A stretch of DNA of 63,939 nucleotides, filler included, from Octopus bimaculoides (Eukaryota), in NCBI RefSeq assembly GCF_001194135.2. It is 5 parts of 5 records of this genome, joined end to end, with 100 filler letters (N's around TTAATTAATTAA, not from the genome) between each part and the next. Parts side by side here need not be neighbours in the genome. Positions count along the whole stretch, not along the records: positions 1 to 25,673 come from NC_068981.1; positions 25,774 to 47,600 come from NC_068989.1; 3 more parts are not named here. One strand, given 5' to 3'. Positions 23,619 to 38,011 of this stretch are shown piece after piece (the stretch's first letter is position 1; every line of letters starts with the position of its first letter). The position numbers and the translations under genes were made by a program. The notes under the pieces are model-generated. The model ran no database searches. It saw only the letters and a program-made list of their open reading frames with translations, and had not been told where the DNA came from.

Positions 23619-25717
23619 TGTATGTATGTATGTATGTATGTATGTATGTATGTATGTATGTACAACGTGTGTGTATGTTTGCATGTATTTGCTATATCTA
23701 ATGCTGTATAAGGACCATTTATAAAACATCTAAAACAATTTATGAATAGATTGAATAAGTCTTCAAATAAAGAGCGCAGGCATGATTGTATAATTAAGAA
23801 GTTCGCTTCACAAACACGTAATTTTGAGTTGGGTCTTTCCGTATAAGATCTTGGGTCCTGCCGTCTTAAGATATAAGAACAGTGGGCAGTAGACGGGGAG
23901 CTATGTATGTAAATGGCTTAATGCGATCTATATATGCGAAGGTCGTGTTTGTAGAGCACTAAGGCATTGCTTTTCCAGTGGGCATTGAACAGATATAAGT
24001 CATCTACCACGACTCATACCTTTCACTGAAATTGAGTCGACTAAAACTCTCCAGAAGCACACCAGATGGCTGGTACTTTAATTATCATGCTTACACTTTC
24101 GTTTTCTCGATTCATCGATCTTTGAAACATTGTAGATGTAATTGACACTAATTTAGAAAGATTATATTTTCTTATTCATTTTTTTGAGTAAATTTTGAAC
24201 CGAATAACAAATCTTAAATCGTTTTAACAAATTCTAAGCATAAATAATGAAAGAATAATTTTCTGTCTAAATTTAGTCTTTACAAAAAGTATTTTCTGTC
24301 TGTATTTACCTTATTTTCTGTCTAAATTCAATCTCTTCTGTCTCAAACAAAGGGAAAATCACAAGCTATTGTTACTAATTATACACACAATCTCTTTTCT
24401 TTTATTAAAGTCATGTGACAGCTATCGCTACATCTCAACCGTATATCAAAATAGTTTCTCATAGCTAAAAGACATTGAAGAAACTGATACTAAGACATCA
24501 GGATTACTTCTCATCTAGTTATAAAAGCAACTCTGCACTTCATCAGAGTTTAGTTCCAATAAAATAATCGATATACCATTGATTAATACAAATCTACGCA
24601 TCGTGATGGTTTCATTTTAAAATAATCTTCCCACAATATCTATAATGTGTTCAAATATTTATTCAGGATTTTACATCAATTCAAACGTAGATTAGGATGG
24701 CGAGTAAAGAAAAGGCCTTGTCGAACATTTATGTGAGACGGTTAATCGATGAAAGTAAGAATCAGTTTGTCGTGGTAGAAATAAGAAAGGTTAAAATTGC
24801 CAAACCATCAGTTCAAACAACTTGTAAACTGCAACAGACGTTTGTGCCCTGCATGAAAGCTAATTCGAGACACTTAATTTACGCCTCGAATAAAAACGCC
24901 GCTTCTACCCAACAAAATGTTAGATATTTGAAAGATTTGCAGCAATTGCAGTTGATCTGGACTTGAGGAGAGAGATTAAAATTGGAATCTTTATTCCTAT
25001 CATGACGGAATGTTTTCTTTATTATTTTAGCACAAGGCCAGAAATTTTCATCGGAGAGTTAAGTCGATTACATCGATCCCAGAACCCGACTGCTACTTTA
25101 TTTCATCAAACTTAAAAGGGTGAAAGACAAAGTCGATAACGACGGGGTTTGAACCCAGAGTGTAATGAGTTGGAAGAAAGGCAGCTAAGTATTTCGTCCA
25201 CGAGCTGTGGATCCTTCCAGATCGACGTCTTCCAGTTGCAACAGTACTGAAATCAATATTGGTTTCAAATTTTCGCACAAGGTCAATAGCTTCGGAGAGG
25301 GACTAAATCGATTAAATCGACTCCAATGGTACTTATTTTCATCGACCTCGAAAGGATTAAAAGCAAAGTCAACCACGGTGGAATTTGAACTCGAAACGTG
25401 AAGACGGACGAAATGCCGCAAAGCATGTTTCCTGGTATCTTTACGACTCTGCCAGCTCGCCGCTCCTAATATTCTTTTCAACACTAGGCACAAGGCCCGA
25501 AATTTGTGGGGAGGGGAGCAGTCGATTAGATCGATCCTCAGTTCGCAACTGGTACTTAATTTATCGACCCCGAAAGGATGAAAGGCAAAGTCGACCTCGG
25601 TGGAATTTGAACTCAGAACATAAAGACAAACGAAATACCACTAGACATTTCGCCCGGCGTGCTAACGTTTCTGNNNNNNNNNNNNNNNNNNNNNNNNNNN
25701 NNNNNNNNNNNNNNNNN

Positions 25718-25729
25718 TTAATTAATTAA
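25718..25729. other. Artificial scaffold linker TTAATTAATTAA inside a 100-bp gap block (also 47645-47656, 58613-58624, 62138-62149)
   Basis: Each is flanked by exactly 44 N on both sides, giving 100 bp, and the 12-mer has stop codons in all six frames. Confidence 0.9.
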
Positions 25730-28087
25730 NNNNNNNNNNNNNNNNNNNNNNNNNNNNNNNNNNNNNNNNNNNNTATATATATATATATATATATATCATT
25801 GCTCTTGTTTATATGAATGTGTCAGTATGTTAGTAACTTCAATATTGCTTGCACCAATGACTGCTTAAGTGAAATATAGTGATGATTAAACATCCTATCT
25901 CACTCCTGTAATTGCTTAAAGAAAACTGTATTTCACTGACGCCAAATGCACTTTCTAAACTACCATAAACTATAATAACCTTCTATTTCAGGGATAGATG
26001 TTCATGGTAGGCAATTTTACACCACATTATTCAACAGCAATTTCCCATCATAATTCAATTATATCTTTTCTTAATTTGATTATTTATTAATTTGCAGCTT
26101 CGTCTAACTAGACATTATTTACGACAACGGATACTAAATTTTTTTTTGGTTTCATATTCTGCGAATAATTATCATTTACAATATATTAAATATGTTTGAA
26201 CAAACATATTCATTCGATGAAGAAAGACGCCGTAGGCAAAGGATGTTAGCTTAAACCTCATTCAATATCACGAACATGACACCAACAGGTAATCATTCAA
26301 ACAATACGTTTCTTTTTATAATATCATTAAACACTAAAATGATTCATTGAACACACTCACGAACGGACATTCACGTATGCCTGCACATGTGCAGTTCTCT
26401 GAAAGTGTGTCTATCGTTAGCTAAGCATTCTTCACTTGTGCACTATACGTAAATCTCTGTTGCTATTTGCATGATGAAAGTGCTTATATATCTGTTACGA
26501 TACTGCTGTCGTAGAAATATTCTATTCCGATTTCCCAAAACACCGACTTAACCACAATTGCAGTGAATGATATTTTGTTTCCTCTACTATTATAGTGGCC
26601 TTTGCTCCCTGATTTTCGTTGGAATCATGCCACCTACGGTCAAGTACATTTTCCTCTACTCATCTCGTCGTCCTTATGATGTTTAATCTCATCATGGCAT
26701 TCGACATTACGTTTAGTACTTTCGTTTCAGTAGACCGCTCTTTCCATGTCCGGTCATACATATGTTTTATCACCAGTAATTGATCTTCGAAGGCTCATGG
26801 GAAACATTATCAATATTTATTCAGTGGGTTGAATTTCACATATTCTCAAAAGCCGACGAGTTACATGCTTCAAATAAAGAGCTACACCTATTTGGTGTTT
26901 GGATCGCCCTTTCCGACTCCAGATATATATCAACTACGTTACACTAACAGACTTTTTGTAACCACAGCGTAAGCTGCAGTACGAACCAAAATCTATTATA
27001 AATGAACAATAAAACTACGAAATTAGAAGTAGCAACCTGACTCGAAGGACTGAAAAATTGTATACCAGTGACTTCACTTTTCAGATTCTCTTACCTTTCT
27101 GTGAACATCAGCTCCATAATAGCAAACATTTTCTATAGGTTTACAAATGTTATGACAACAGGACACAATTGTTATTTAATTTTTCTGTCTGACGCAACAT
27201 GATATCTGAAGTCAAGATATCGTATCTGACCACAACAATAGATTAATGTATTATACATACATACATACATGCATACATACATATATATANNNNNNNNNNN
27301 NNNNNNNNNNNNNNNNNNNNNNNNNNNNNNNNNNNNNNNNNNNNNNNNNNNNNNNNNNNNNNNNNNNNNNNNNNNNNNNNNNNNNNNNNNNNNNNNNNNN
27401 NNNNNNNNNNNNNNNNNNNNNNNNNNNNNNNNNNNNNNNNNNNNNNNNNNNNNNNNNNNNNNNNNNNNNNNNNNNNNNNNNNNNNNNNNNNNNNNNNNNN
27501 NNNNNNNNNNNNNNNNNNNNNNNNNNNNNNNNNNNNNNNNNNNNNNNNNNNNNNNNNNNNNNNNNNNNNNNNNNNNNNNNNNNNNNNNNNNNNNNNNNNN
27601 NNNNNNNNNNNNNNNNNNNNNNNNNNNNNNNNNNNNNNNNNNNNNNNNNNNNNNNNNNNNNNNNNNNNNNNNNNNNNNNNNNNNNNNNNNNNNNNNNNNN
27701 NNNNNNNNNNNNNNNNNNNNNNNNNNNNNNNNNNNNNNNNNNNNNNNNNNNNNNNNNNNNNNNNNNNNNNNNNNNNNNNNNNNNNNNNNNNNNNNNNNNN
27801 NNNNNNNNNNNNNNNNNNNNNNNNNNNNNNNNNNNNNNNNNNNNNNNNNNNNNNNNNNNNNNNNNNNNNNNNNNNNNNNNNNNNNNNNNNNNNNNNNNNN
27901 NNNNNNNNNNNNNNNNNNNNNNNNNNNNNNNNNNNNNNNNNNNNNNNNNNNNNNNNNNNNNNNNNNNNNNNNNNNNNNNNNNNNNNNNNNNNNNNNNNNN
28001 NNNNNNNNNNNNNNNNNNNNNNNNNNNNNNNNNNNNNNNNNNNNNNNNNNNNNNNNNTATATATATATATATATATATACGCATACT

Positions 28088-28133
<46 letters not shown>

Positions 28134-28989
28134 CATATGTGTGCATACATTTTTCTTGCTGATATATACTGTGTATGCATTAAATTACAGAAAATGTTAC
28201 TTCTTTTCGAGCCCGTATCAATTATGTGTTTGTCAACAAATAACACATCGATATACTTCTCACAATATTTAATATACTGTCATACCTGTATATTATCAAT
28301 CAATCGATTTTCTATTGTTCCTTATTTACGATGGCTCGCCGTTTACAATGTTTACAGTAACCAAATATATGATTTTTTTTCATTCCATGCTCGTAATTAA
28401 GTATTGAAATACATTTATATTTTATATTTGCTCTACAGAATAGCGAAAATATTATCAATAATACTTGTATTCTCAATCCTCATATATATTTAAAGTATCA
28501 AGAAAAAAACTTTGTGTTGTAAAGGCTTCTAGTATAATTGATTTGCTGGCTTAGAATTTAAATCTACGTGCACAATGACATAAATTATATACATTTGCAT
28601 TATTAGACGCTATTAAACATATAAATATAGGCATGCTGGTAATATACCTATATTTAAATGAATACATACATTGTGTGTATATGAGTTCGCGAATATCATT
28701 GGCGCTGCGTCTGGATTAAAATCATCAGAACGTTGCTTTTTTGTGCGACAGCAGCCAACATTCTTCAACGTAATGCTTATAGCTTGCCGATAGCTCTATA
28801 AACAATGCTCTTTTTGATGACATTCTACTTAAGGGACACGAATAATTAATGGACGAATAATTAATGGACAATTCAAACTTTGTACGAGTCTACACCTCGT
28901 AGAATTCAAGGTGTAATTACTGCCAATGCCTGTCCTACCCCTTATTGAAATAAATTTGTTTGAAATTTTTGTCCAACCCCTATACATAC

Positions 28990-29021
<32 letters not shown>

Positions 29022-30918
29022 ANNNNNNNNNNNNNNNNNNNNNNNNNNNNNNNNNNNNNNNNNNNNNNNNNNNNNNNNNNNNNNNNNNNNNNNNNNNNNN
29101 NNNNNNNNNNNNNNNNNNNNNNNNNNNNNNNNNNNNNNNNNNNNNNNNNNNNNNNNNNNNNNNNNNNNNNNNNNNNNNNNNNNNNNNNNNNNNNNNNNNN
29201 NNNNNNNNNNNNNNNNNNNNNNNNNNNNNNNNNNNNNNNNNNNNNNNNNNNNNNNNNNNNNNNNNNNNNNNNNNNNNNNNNNNNNNNNNNNNNNNNNNNN
29301 NNNNNNNNNNNNNNNNNNNNNNNNNNNNNNNNNNNNNNNNNNNNNNNNNNNNNNNNNNNNNNNNNNNNNNNNNNNNNNNNNNNNNNNNNNNNNNNNNNNN
29401 NNNNNNNNNNNNNNNNNNNNNNNNNNNNNNNNNNNNNNNNNNNNNNNNNNNNNNNNNNNNNNNNNNNNNNNNNNNNNNNNNNNNNNNNNNNNNNNNNNNN
29501 NNNNNNNNNNNNNNNNNNNNNNNNNNNNNNNNNNNNNNNNNNNNNNNNNNNNNNNNNNNNNNNNNNNNNNNNNNNNNNNNNNNNNNNNNNNNNNNNNNNN
29601 NNNNNNNNNNNNNNNNNNNNNNNNNNNNNNNNNNNNNNNNNNNNNNNNNNNNNNNNNNNNNNNNNNNNNNNNNNNNNNNNNNNNNNNNNNNNNNNNNNNN
29701 NNTCTTACTGTCTGTCTCCTGATGAAATAGTGAAAAGAACTGACGATCGGATTTAAAAGTCGGCAGTTTTATATCAGTTTATCCAAAACAGTTTTTTTGG
29801 AACACAGTTGTTCGGAAACTTACGATCGACTTCATATTTTTTTTCAAATTAAAAATTCAAGAAACAGTTTGATTGCATATCATTTGTCTTTTATCATCGT
29901 TTGTATTATTTCAATTACAGGACAGGATTGGACGACAAATGGAGTACTTGCGTTTTAAGCTTTGCACTTATGTTATCACCCTTTTGTTGCCGAACCTAAA
30001 GTAACGGTGACGTAAACATGTAACACCGGTTGTCAAGTAGTAGAGTGGAACAACACAAAGGCACACGTACATAAACACACATATAAAAAGATGCTTATGC
30101 AATGGGTTTCATTCAGTATCCGTGTACCAAATCCACTAACAAGGCTTCAATCGCATCTCACGGATGAAGAAGGAATCTAAATCAATGCGGTTAGGATACA
30201 AACATGTTAATACACCTCCACGCATACCCTTTTATGAGGCTGCATTAAAATACAATTTTGTGCCAGATTCTTATATATGTGTGACTGTGTATTGTATTTA
30301 TGTTTACAGACAGAAAAACAATGATATTTGGAATATTTGTTTTAGGAATGGTGCACTCCTGCACCACGCGGAAACTCTTAGTGTGTGGTTCATAGTATGA
30401 ACGTTTAAAAACTTTTCATATTTTACACTCACAATTAAACATAGACGCCTACATTTTGCTAAATTATGGAAGCTTGACGGAAAAGTATTATTTTACAAAT
30501 GTGCAAATTTAAATATGGTAATAAAAATACGTACTCAACTGACAGTGAATCATAAACTTATGAATCTAGTCTGTGTATGTAATTTATCCGTTTATGCTGT
30601 CTCAGATTAAAGAAACTAATTATAGACTCAGAATCAGAGAATATATTTGATGTCTAAAATATATGTTGTAATACTTCAGTCGGGTTGTGTCATATGCAAT
30701 ACGAAAGTAATATGTTTCATTGTGTATTTACTTATATAATCACACTATTCTTCATAACGTTACCCGAACGAAACATGTAAGAATTGTTGTAGACTTAATA
30801 ATATACAAGTCGACTTAATTTTGAGACTTGCTGCACAACGACAAGGATGACAAAACTAATAATAAAAAAAAACAGCAGTAGAACAATAATGAAATATATA
30901 AATTGGCATTAAGAATTG

Positions 30919-30974
<56 letters not shown>

Positions 30975-31189
30975 NNNNNNNNNNNNNNNNNNNNNNNNNN
31001 NNNNNNNNNNNNNNNNNNNNNNNNNNNNNNNNNNNNNNNNNNNNNNNNNNNNNNNNNNNNNNNNNNNNNNNNNGGGGCGGCGGTGGCGGTGGTGATGACG
31101 ACGACGACGACGACGACGATCGCGATGGTGATGATGATGACGACGACGATGATGACGAAGAAGACAACAATACTGATAATTCTTGTATT

Positions 31190-32200
31190 GGCCACTAACC
31201 TCCAACTTATAGAGGACGATACACATTTTCCTTTCTATCTCCATCGCAGAGAGCCACACATTTCTACATGTGCATGTGCATCAGCGCGTACCTGCGCATG
31301 TTCAACGAGAACACAAGCGTGTAGGTGTTGGAAGCAGACAAATTTCCTGCCCAGTAGATACTTAGAGAAAAGCAAACAACCGCTCTAGACAAGCCAAATG
31401 TTCTTTAGAACGAGTTGCGACGTTTAGGCATTAGCTCATGATCGAAATGATGTAGATATTAGCCAAATGTACCCGACATTCCAGGGACAAATCTATCATA
31501 TCTCGACACTTCTGGGTGAAACTTTCTACTTAACTTAAAAACTTTCCCTAATTCATCTATTAGTTGATAAGGTCAGAACCAAATTATAATTACTTTAATG
31601 GGAAGGTCACCACCGCATCACAAATTGTTGATGGCTCACATGCATTTACTTCTCCATGTACCAAATTGCGAGGCCACAGACGTATTTTGGTACTCTTCAA
31701 ACGTCCTTTGAACTACCTCTATATTCGAAGTGTGTGGCACCATGACAGTGGCATCGTCTATGTATGCAGACGCGGTAAACCGGCGGTGAAATGGGTTTCA
31801 TAGTTTCTCATATCTACAGCAAGATGAAGAATATGAGCAACCTTTCTCAACCAAGGGTTCGATACCATATGGTATCTGTATTCGATCGTTTAATTCGATC
31901 ACCGAACTGATGCTGATGTACGTTTTAGCAATCAACTGCTGAGCTTGAATCCCGAATTGACTACTCTTAGTATAGTCTGCGGTAGCAATGGTGGACTCTG
32001 TTGGAAGCTTTGGATTGTCTGAAATTGACCAGTACCCGCTAAAAAACAAGGATCTATTCACGACAGGCTCTACTATATATCACAAGAAGTGGAGATTGGT
32101 GTGGATGGAGCTGCCGGTAATCGAATAGTTATGTGTATCTCCTACTACATTAGTGACGACAATTGCGAGTTACATGAGGAACATCTTATTTTTTAACTCT
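31190..32200 (-). mobile_element. Decayed L1/Tx1-clade LINE reverse transcriptase region
   Basis: FGIQAQQLIAKTYISISSVIELN..IPYGIEPLVEKGC (RT motif B region), SAYIDDATVMV (YADD), QFGTWRSK and ANIYIISI...LERLFAFL, in the expected order with stops. Confidence 0.75.
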
Positions 32201-35200
32201 GAAATTAAGCAGAAAATCTAACCTGAATTGGACTTGTTTTAGAAGCGTCAGCTTACCAGCTGGCGGGCAGGGGGCATTCTGGCAATTTTTCTGCAACCCT
32301 CACAGTTGAACTGTATATCTGTTACTCCACTTTGCATTCTAAACCTAGCTTTCTGCAGTATTCAACCCCACTGCAATACCTCTTTTAATCGAGTAAATAG
32401 TTTATTTTCTATCTGTTGATCTTTACCTACGGGTAACACATAAATCTCTTTTGTTTTACTGAATACCAACATGTTATTGATCATAGTTGCTGCATCATTA
32501 AAGAAAACCGTTGAACCCATGTTTGAACAAATATTATTTCGGTCTTGCTACAAAGCTTCCTTTCTTGTTGCTCTTGATTGAAAGGTACGTTTAGATATTT
32601 CACTGTTACCAAAATTGATGAAACCATTTTCTTTCATTCATATTACATCAAGCATGGTTATGCTTACTCATTTAATATTTTATTGTTTTCTTAGAAACTT
32701 TGTACCTACCACAATAAAATAATTTTACTTCAGCAACATATTGAAAAGGAAACATTCTAAAATCACAAATACCAACAAAAAGCAAGCAAAAACATAATAC
32801 ATATGAAAAATATCTTTGTCACAAGATACACAAACGATGTATAGACATATTGAAATAAAATATATCCTTTTATACTCATAGTACAAGGCCCACATTTTTT
32901 AGGGAGGGGGCCAGTTTTGAAAAGGGAGACTGAAAGCAGCAAACACGTTCAGGTCTGAGTATTGCCCTTATAATTGGCATGGACTCAATTGGAGAATAAA
33001 ATGCGATGTTCAAATTCATTGATATTAGGAATGAAGTGGATATTTCCATTGAAGTCATCTTCACAACAATGCATAGAGAGTACTCTCAACACTTGGCCTT
33101 ATTAAAAAGGAAATATTTTTTAATGCTATTGTTGAGCCTGGACTCGGTGTTTCGTATACGAAATCTCAAGAACTCTTATGGAGAGGTAAAGTAAAAGAAA
33201 GTTAACACCCAAGCTTTGTAATCCAGTAATGATCACCTTGCCAAATAGTTTTCTGAGTACCCATTCATGTATAAAAGTGTTGATCATAGTTTAATCGACA
33301 CCCATAATACTTTGGTGAATATTATACGCTATATTTAGTTTAGTGGCAATTCATCTTACATCCACTTTAATGGGTTCTTTAACGCATCTTTAGAAGGGTT
33401 GTGATGTTTTGGGATTGGGGATTGAGTTATGTATTATCATTATCAATATTACAAATGATTTTCGTCTACCCATGTTAAATAGGTTGCATATTCATGAATA
33501 ATTAAAATATGATGCATTTAACATTTATTATAAGCAGAAAGTTTCGACGTTTCCATCTCGCAAATAAATTCTTAATGACTACATGTTACATTTAAGATTT
33601 ATTACATGAAGAATGTTTCTAAGTATCCGCCTAGTAAACAGCAGAAATTGCATCCAAAATAAGTAGAGAAATATCGATATTACCTTTAGAACAATACATC
33701 ATTGTGAATCGCAGTACTACATTTCCGTGAAAAAGCGAACAGATTTCGTTGAGATGGCACCGAATATGAAAGAGATCAATATTCCAAAACGCAAGTGGAG
33801 AAAAACAGGGTACATATTCAAGAGGAGCACATACTTACATATATCAAGGTGTTAGAGACATGATGGCCTACTGATTTTAAGTAATCAACTTCATCCGTGA
33901 AATTTACGCAGCGTGAACTGGGATAAATTTTCGATGCACTATTCAAAACTTAACTATGACCACTGATTAGCATGTCATTTTCATTTAATAAGTTCCTAGG
34001 CACTAGTAACTTTAGAACGGGTGAAGGAAAATTTCAGATGGAATTTAACCTAGTAATTAGATAGTCGTTGGGAGATATTTTCAGAGGCAGCTAGAATGAG
34101 GTTTACAATCTGAATCGTAAAAATTCTGCAAGAAATTTGTAGAAATAACAATAAAAATTGGCCAGCGACTATCAGCTAAAATAAGCTGGAAGAAATGATG
34201 AATATATAATTAATGATGGAAGAGATGTTCGAACTCACGCAGTACACGAGAGTGGAATTCTCTTAGATTTAACTAAAAAATGTGGGTTGCATTAACACTT
34301 CACATTAGATTTCATATCGATGAAAATTAAATAGTATAAAATATAGTCACACCTCAGAGATAATAGAATAAACTCATCAACAAAATATAATACAAATTTA
34401 TGTATACAATATATAGAATATATACAACTTTAATCCGATGTATACAAATTTATCCCTAAATATTCTCTATGCAATAAAGAATACAAGTTTAACCATAAAC
34501 TCCCGCTTAGAGACGCTTACATTCCTGCAAACCAATCACTAGTTCTTTGCATATATTACACACGCACAAGAAACATTAATCATATTCAAATTTAATTCAA
34601 ATCAGACGTACAGACACACCAGCAATATTACACAGATTAGACGAAACAACAAAATATAAACACATTCAAGGATCATAAAAGGAATGTTACATAACTACAA
34701 TCAAATGCTATAGATGTATTGATTGGTGAAGAACAGGACATTAAGCCACATTCATGCGTATGGTGAAATATTCATATGAATATTTATACAAACACTAATT
34801 CAAGTAAACAGATAAAGGGTTTAAATATACAATATATATATACACACACACATAGATAGACAGATAGAGACATAGATATATTATGTATGTATGTATGTAT
34901 GTGTGTGTATATATATATATATATATATGTCTGTGTGTGTATGTATGTATATTAAGGAATTCGTGGTGAGAAGGTGTTACTAGTTTGCGACCTCTTTCGA
35001 ATGGCTCGAAGTTATTTCTTAATGTTGATAGTTGTAGTTCTTTAAAATTTCACAGCCAGTAATGAAAGCAAACAAACATCAATAAAATCCAGAGCCTCCT
35101 TCATCATGGTGGATAGATAAGACTAAACGCATCCAATCGTTATGCAGGAAAATTTAAATGTAGAATAGGTATAGTCACATATAATCTATGCATATGTGCA

Positions 35201-35230
35201 TGTATGTATGTATGTATGTATGTATGTATG

Positions 35231-35286
<56 letters not shown>

Positions 35287-35529
35287 GATGTACCGCTTAG
35301 TTTCTCTCTCCCACTCTCTCCCTCTCTCTAGGCTTTATTAATGCATCACAACATATCTACACCCCACACGATTATTAGGTAATAGTTTTTCATATTCGTA
35401 TAATATTACTTAATATTACTCCTAATATTTACGAATTTGAATCTTTCTTCCTAGTTCCATATTAGTGCGAGTGCTTCATTATGCATTGCCTTTAAGTTTC
35501 TGCTAACCAGAATGCTGTAAATAGTGGCA

Positions 35530-35915
35530 GGCAACAAATGCAGGTTGTGCGAGACCAAGACATAAGTCATGACCCACATTCTTGGTAATTGTGAGAAAAT
35601 GTATTCCAGATGTTATCTTCTTCATGAAGCATTATGAAATAGCTAGATGAGTCTGAGACAGGATAAGAAAGAAAACACCTACATACGAAGTTGACAAAGT
35701 TGAGGCCGATGCATCAGAAGAATATCGGCCGGGTATTGTTAATGCAGACACCAAGGAAAAGATATGTTATATTGCGGAAATCAAGTGTCCACTTGATACT
35801 TATGTATTAAAGGAAAAGAACAATAGAAAAAGGAGATAAATGAATATTTGATAAGAATTTTGCATAACCAGTATCCAAGATATACTTTCAGTTCATACCG
35901 ATTGTTATTGGGAAA
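35530..35915 (+). mobile_element. RLE-type LINE fragment (CCHC knuckle plus endonuclease)
   Basis: NKCRLCETKT*VMTHILGNCEKM, then RPGIV...KEKICYIAEIKCPLD and QFIPIVIG across frameshifts. Confidence 0.7.
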
Positions 35916-36150
35916 ACTCGTCTGGGGAAGGGTATAGTTGCACTTGTGCCTTTAGAGATGGGACGCAAATCCTAAGTTCATACACCAAAATTAATCACGA
36001 TATCTGGGACTATCAACTCCTGCAGGACCTTTTTAAGATTCAAAGTATGATGGAAGAAGTAAGATGCTTTCTTTCACAACCTTGCTTGCAAACAGGTGGC
36101 CGACCATAATTCACGTTGAATTAAAAGGAGAAAAAGAACATGCATACATA

Positions 36151-36267
<117 letters not shown>

Positions 36268-37980
36268 TCACACATATATATACAATCTCAGACACAAACA
36301 CATATATGCTTCGGAATGGCCACAACTAAGCTATTTACTACCAAAGCGTGGTAAAGATACAAACTCCATTTAATGTTATTTGAAGTACACGTGCCAAATT
36401 ATGTGAAATAAGCCCTCATGTTGACCAAGCTTTCTATACAAATTACACTGTTAATTAGGCCTTAAAAGACATTTATATGTGATGTTCCTTGGAACTCTTC
36501 CATAATATTTACATCATTTCCTGCTCTTTTGAGAGTATGTGACAGTTTTCTACATATTCTCATCCTAATCCACCCTAGTTCTAGCTAAGCCAAGAAGCTG
36601 AGCCACCAAAACGCACAAATGGCTCTAAGGAAGTTCTGTAGTTTGCTGGAAATCTCCTATTGAGTTTTGCAATTCATCATTTGAAACTGATTTTCTTGCG
36701 ATTTTTTTTTTTTCCTTTACACTACATATTATATATAATGAACATGCTGATATTCTTTACTCAGAATTGTTTATATCTATCTTTAAGATATCTATTATAA
36801 CGCAATGTCTTCAAAGCATTGCAGTAAATCATTTCAGAGTTACGTTATGTTGGTCTCTAATATCTTTCCATACTGTAATTTACTTTATCTTAAGCCAATT
36901 TTTCATTTGCTTTTTGCCGTCGACGTTTCGGAAAATCAAATCGGAATTTAGCTGAGGTGAGGAAGAATTAGCTGCCGTATGTTCTCGCGTAAAAATAGAA
37001 TTGATTAAATATAAATTGGCAATGGTTCGATTCTCCATCTAATTCATTTATACACTGTTTGGAATTTGATTGAAAAGCACAGGATTAAGATGAGAAAACA
37101 CACAAAAAAGATGTATGTGAGAAAACCGTGTGTGAATGACAGTAATTCTCATGGCCGATGTAGCTGCCAGGAAGATGTAAGTGGCGTGGAAGATAGAGAC
37201 GGTTATGTCGATTACATCAACTGATAACGCTGTTTCATCATTTTCGTTCAATCACAACAACCCATCAGGTCACTAGAAAGCCGGAATATAACAAACAGAC
37301 GGATTTCAATAAAATACTGAACAATTGATGTCAGATCATTTCTTATCTTATGAGAAAATTCTAGGTGATATATAGATGCCTGTATTTGTGTATGCATCCA
37401 CATATTTTCATGTATCACCGTGCGTGTCTATGTACTGTAATGTGCGTATATGCTGTTATGTATGTTGCATGTATATGTGTGTATGTATATGTTTTCAAGT
37501 GTTTAGATGCCAATGAATCGTATTGAATCCTTAGAAAATGGGAAGTAAAATGGAAGAGGAAAACAGTCACTCATATTAATGAAGACAATCAGATGGAGCA
37601 GAATGGGAAGATTAAGGAAAGATAACAAGAAAGACTATAGTAATTTTAGTCTGATGTGCGAGAAAAGATTTAGAGTTTTTATCAGACAGGTGAATGTGAA
37701 ACACATTTTCCCACAGCAAATTGCATTCGTAGTCTAAAATAGATCAATGAATGTAATAGCCAAAAGAGAAATATAAAGACTACGTACATATCAATATACA
37801 TACAAAGGGCGACAAGCTGGCAAGCTGATTATTGCACCGGGGATAACGCTTAACGGCATTTTGTCCATCTTTACGTTCTGGGTTCAAATTCCGCGGAGGT
37901 CCTTGTAATCGACGTTCGTCTTCCCGAAATTGCTGGCCATGTGCCAACATTTGTACCCATTTACCCCCACCACCCCTACG

Positions 37981-38011
<31 letters not shown>

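Noticed and set aside
24697-24966. 89-aa ATG-started ORF (MASKEKALSN...)
   Set aside because: No recognisable domain or splice context, and the length is within chance range.
29712-29745. CTGATGA...GAAA next to a gap as another hammerhead
   Set aside because: The spacer AATAGT cannot form stem II, and there is no stem III or cleavage triplet.
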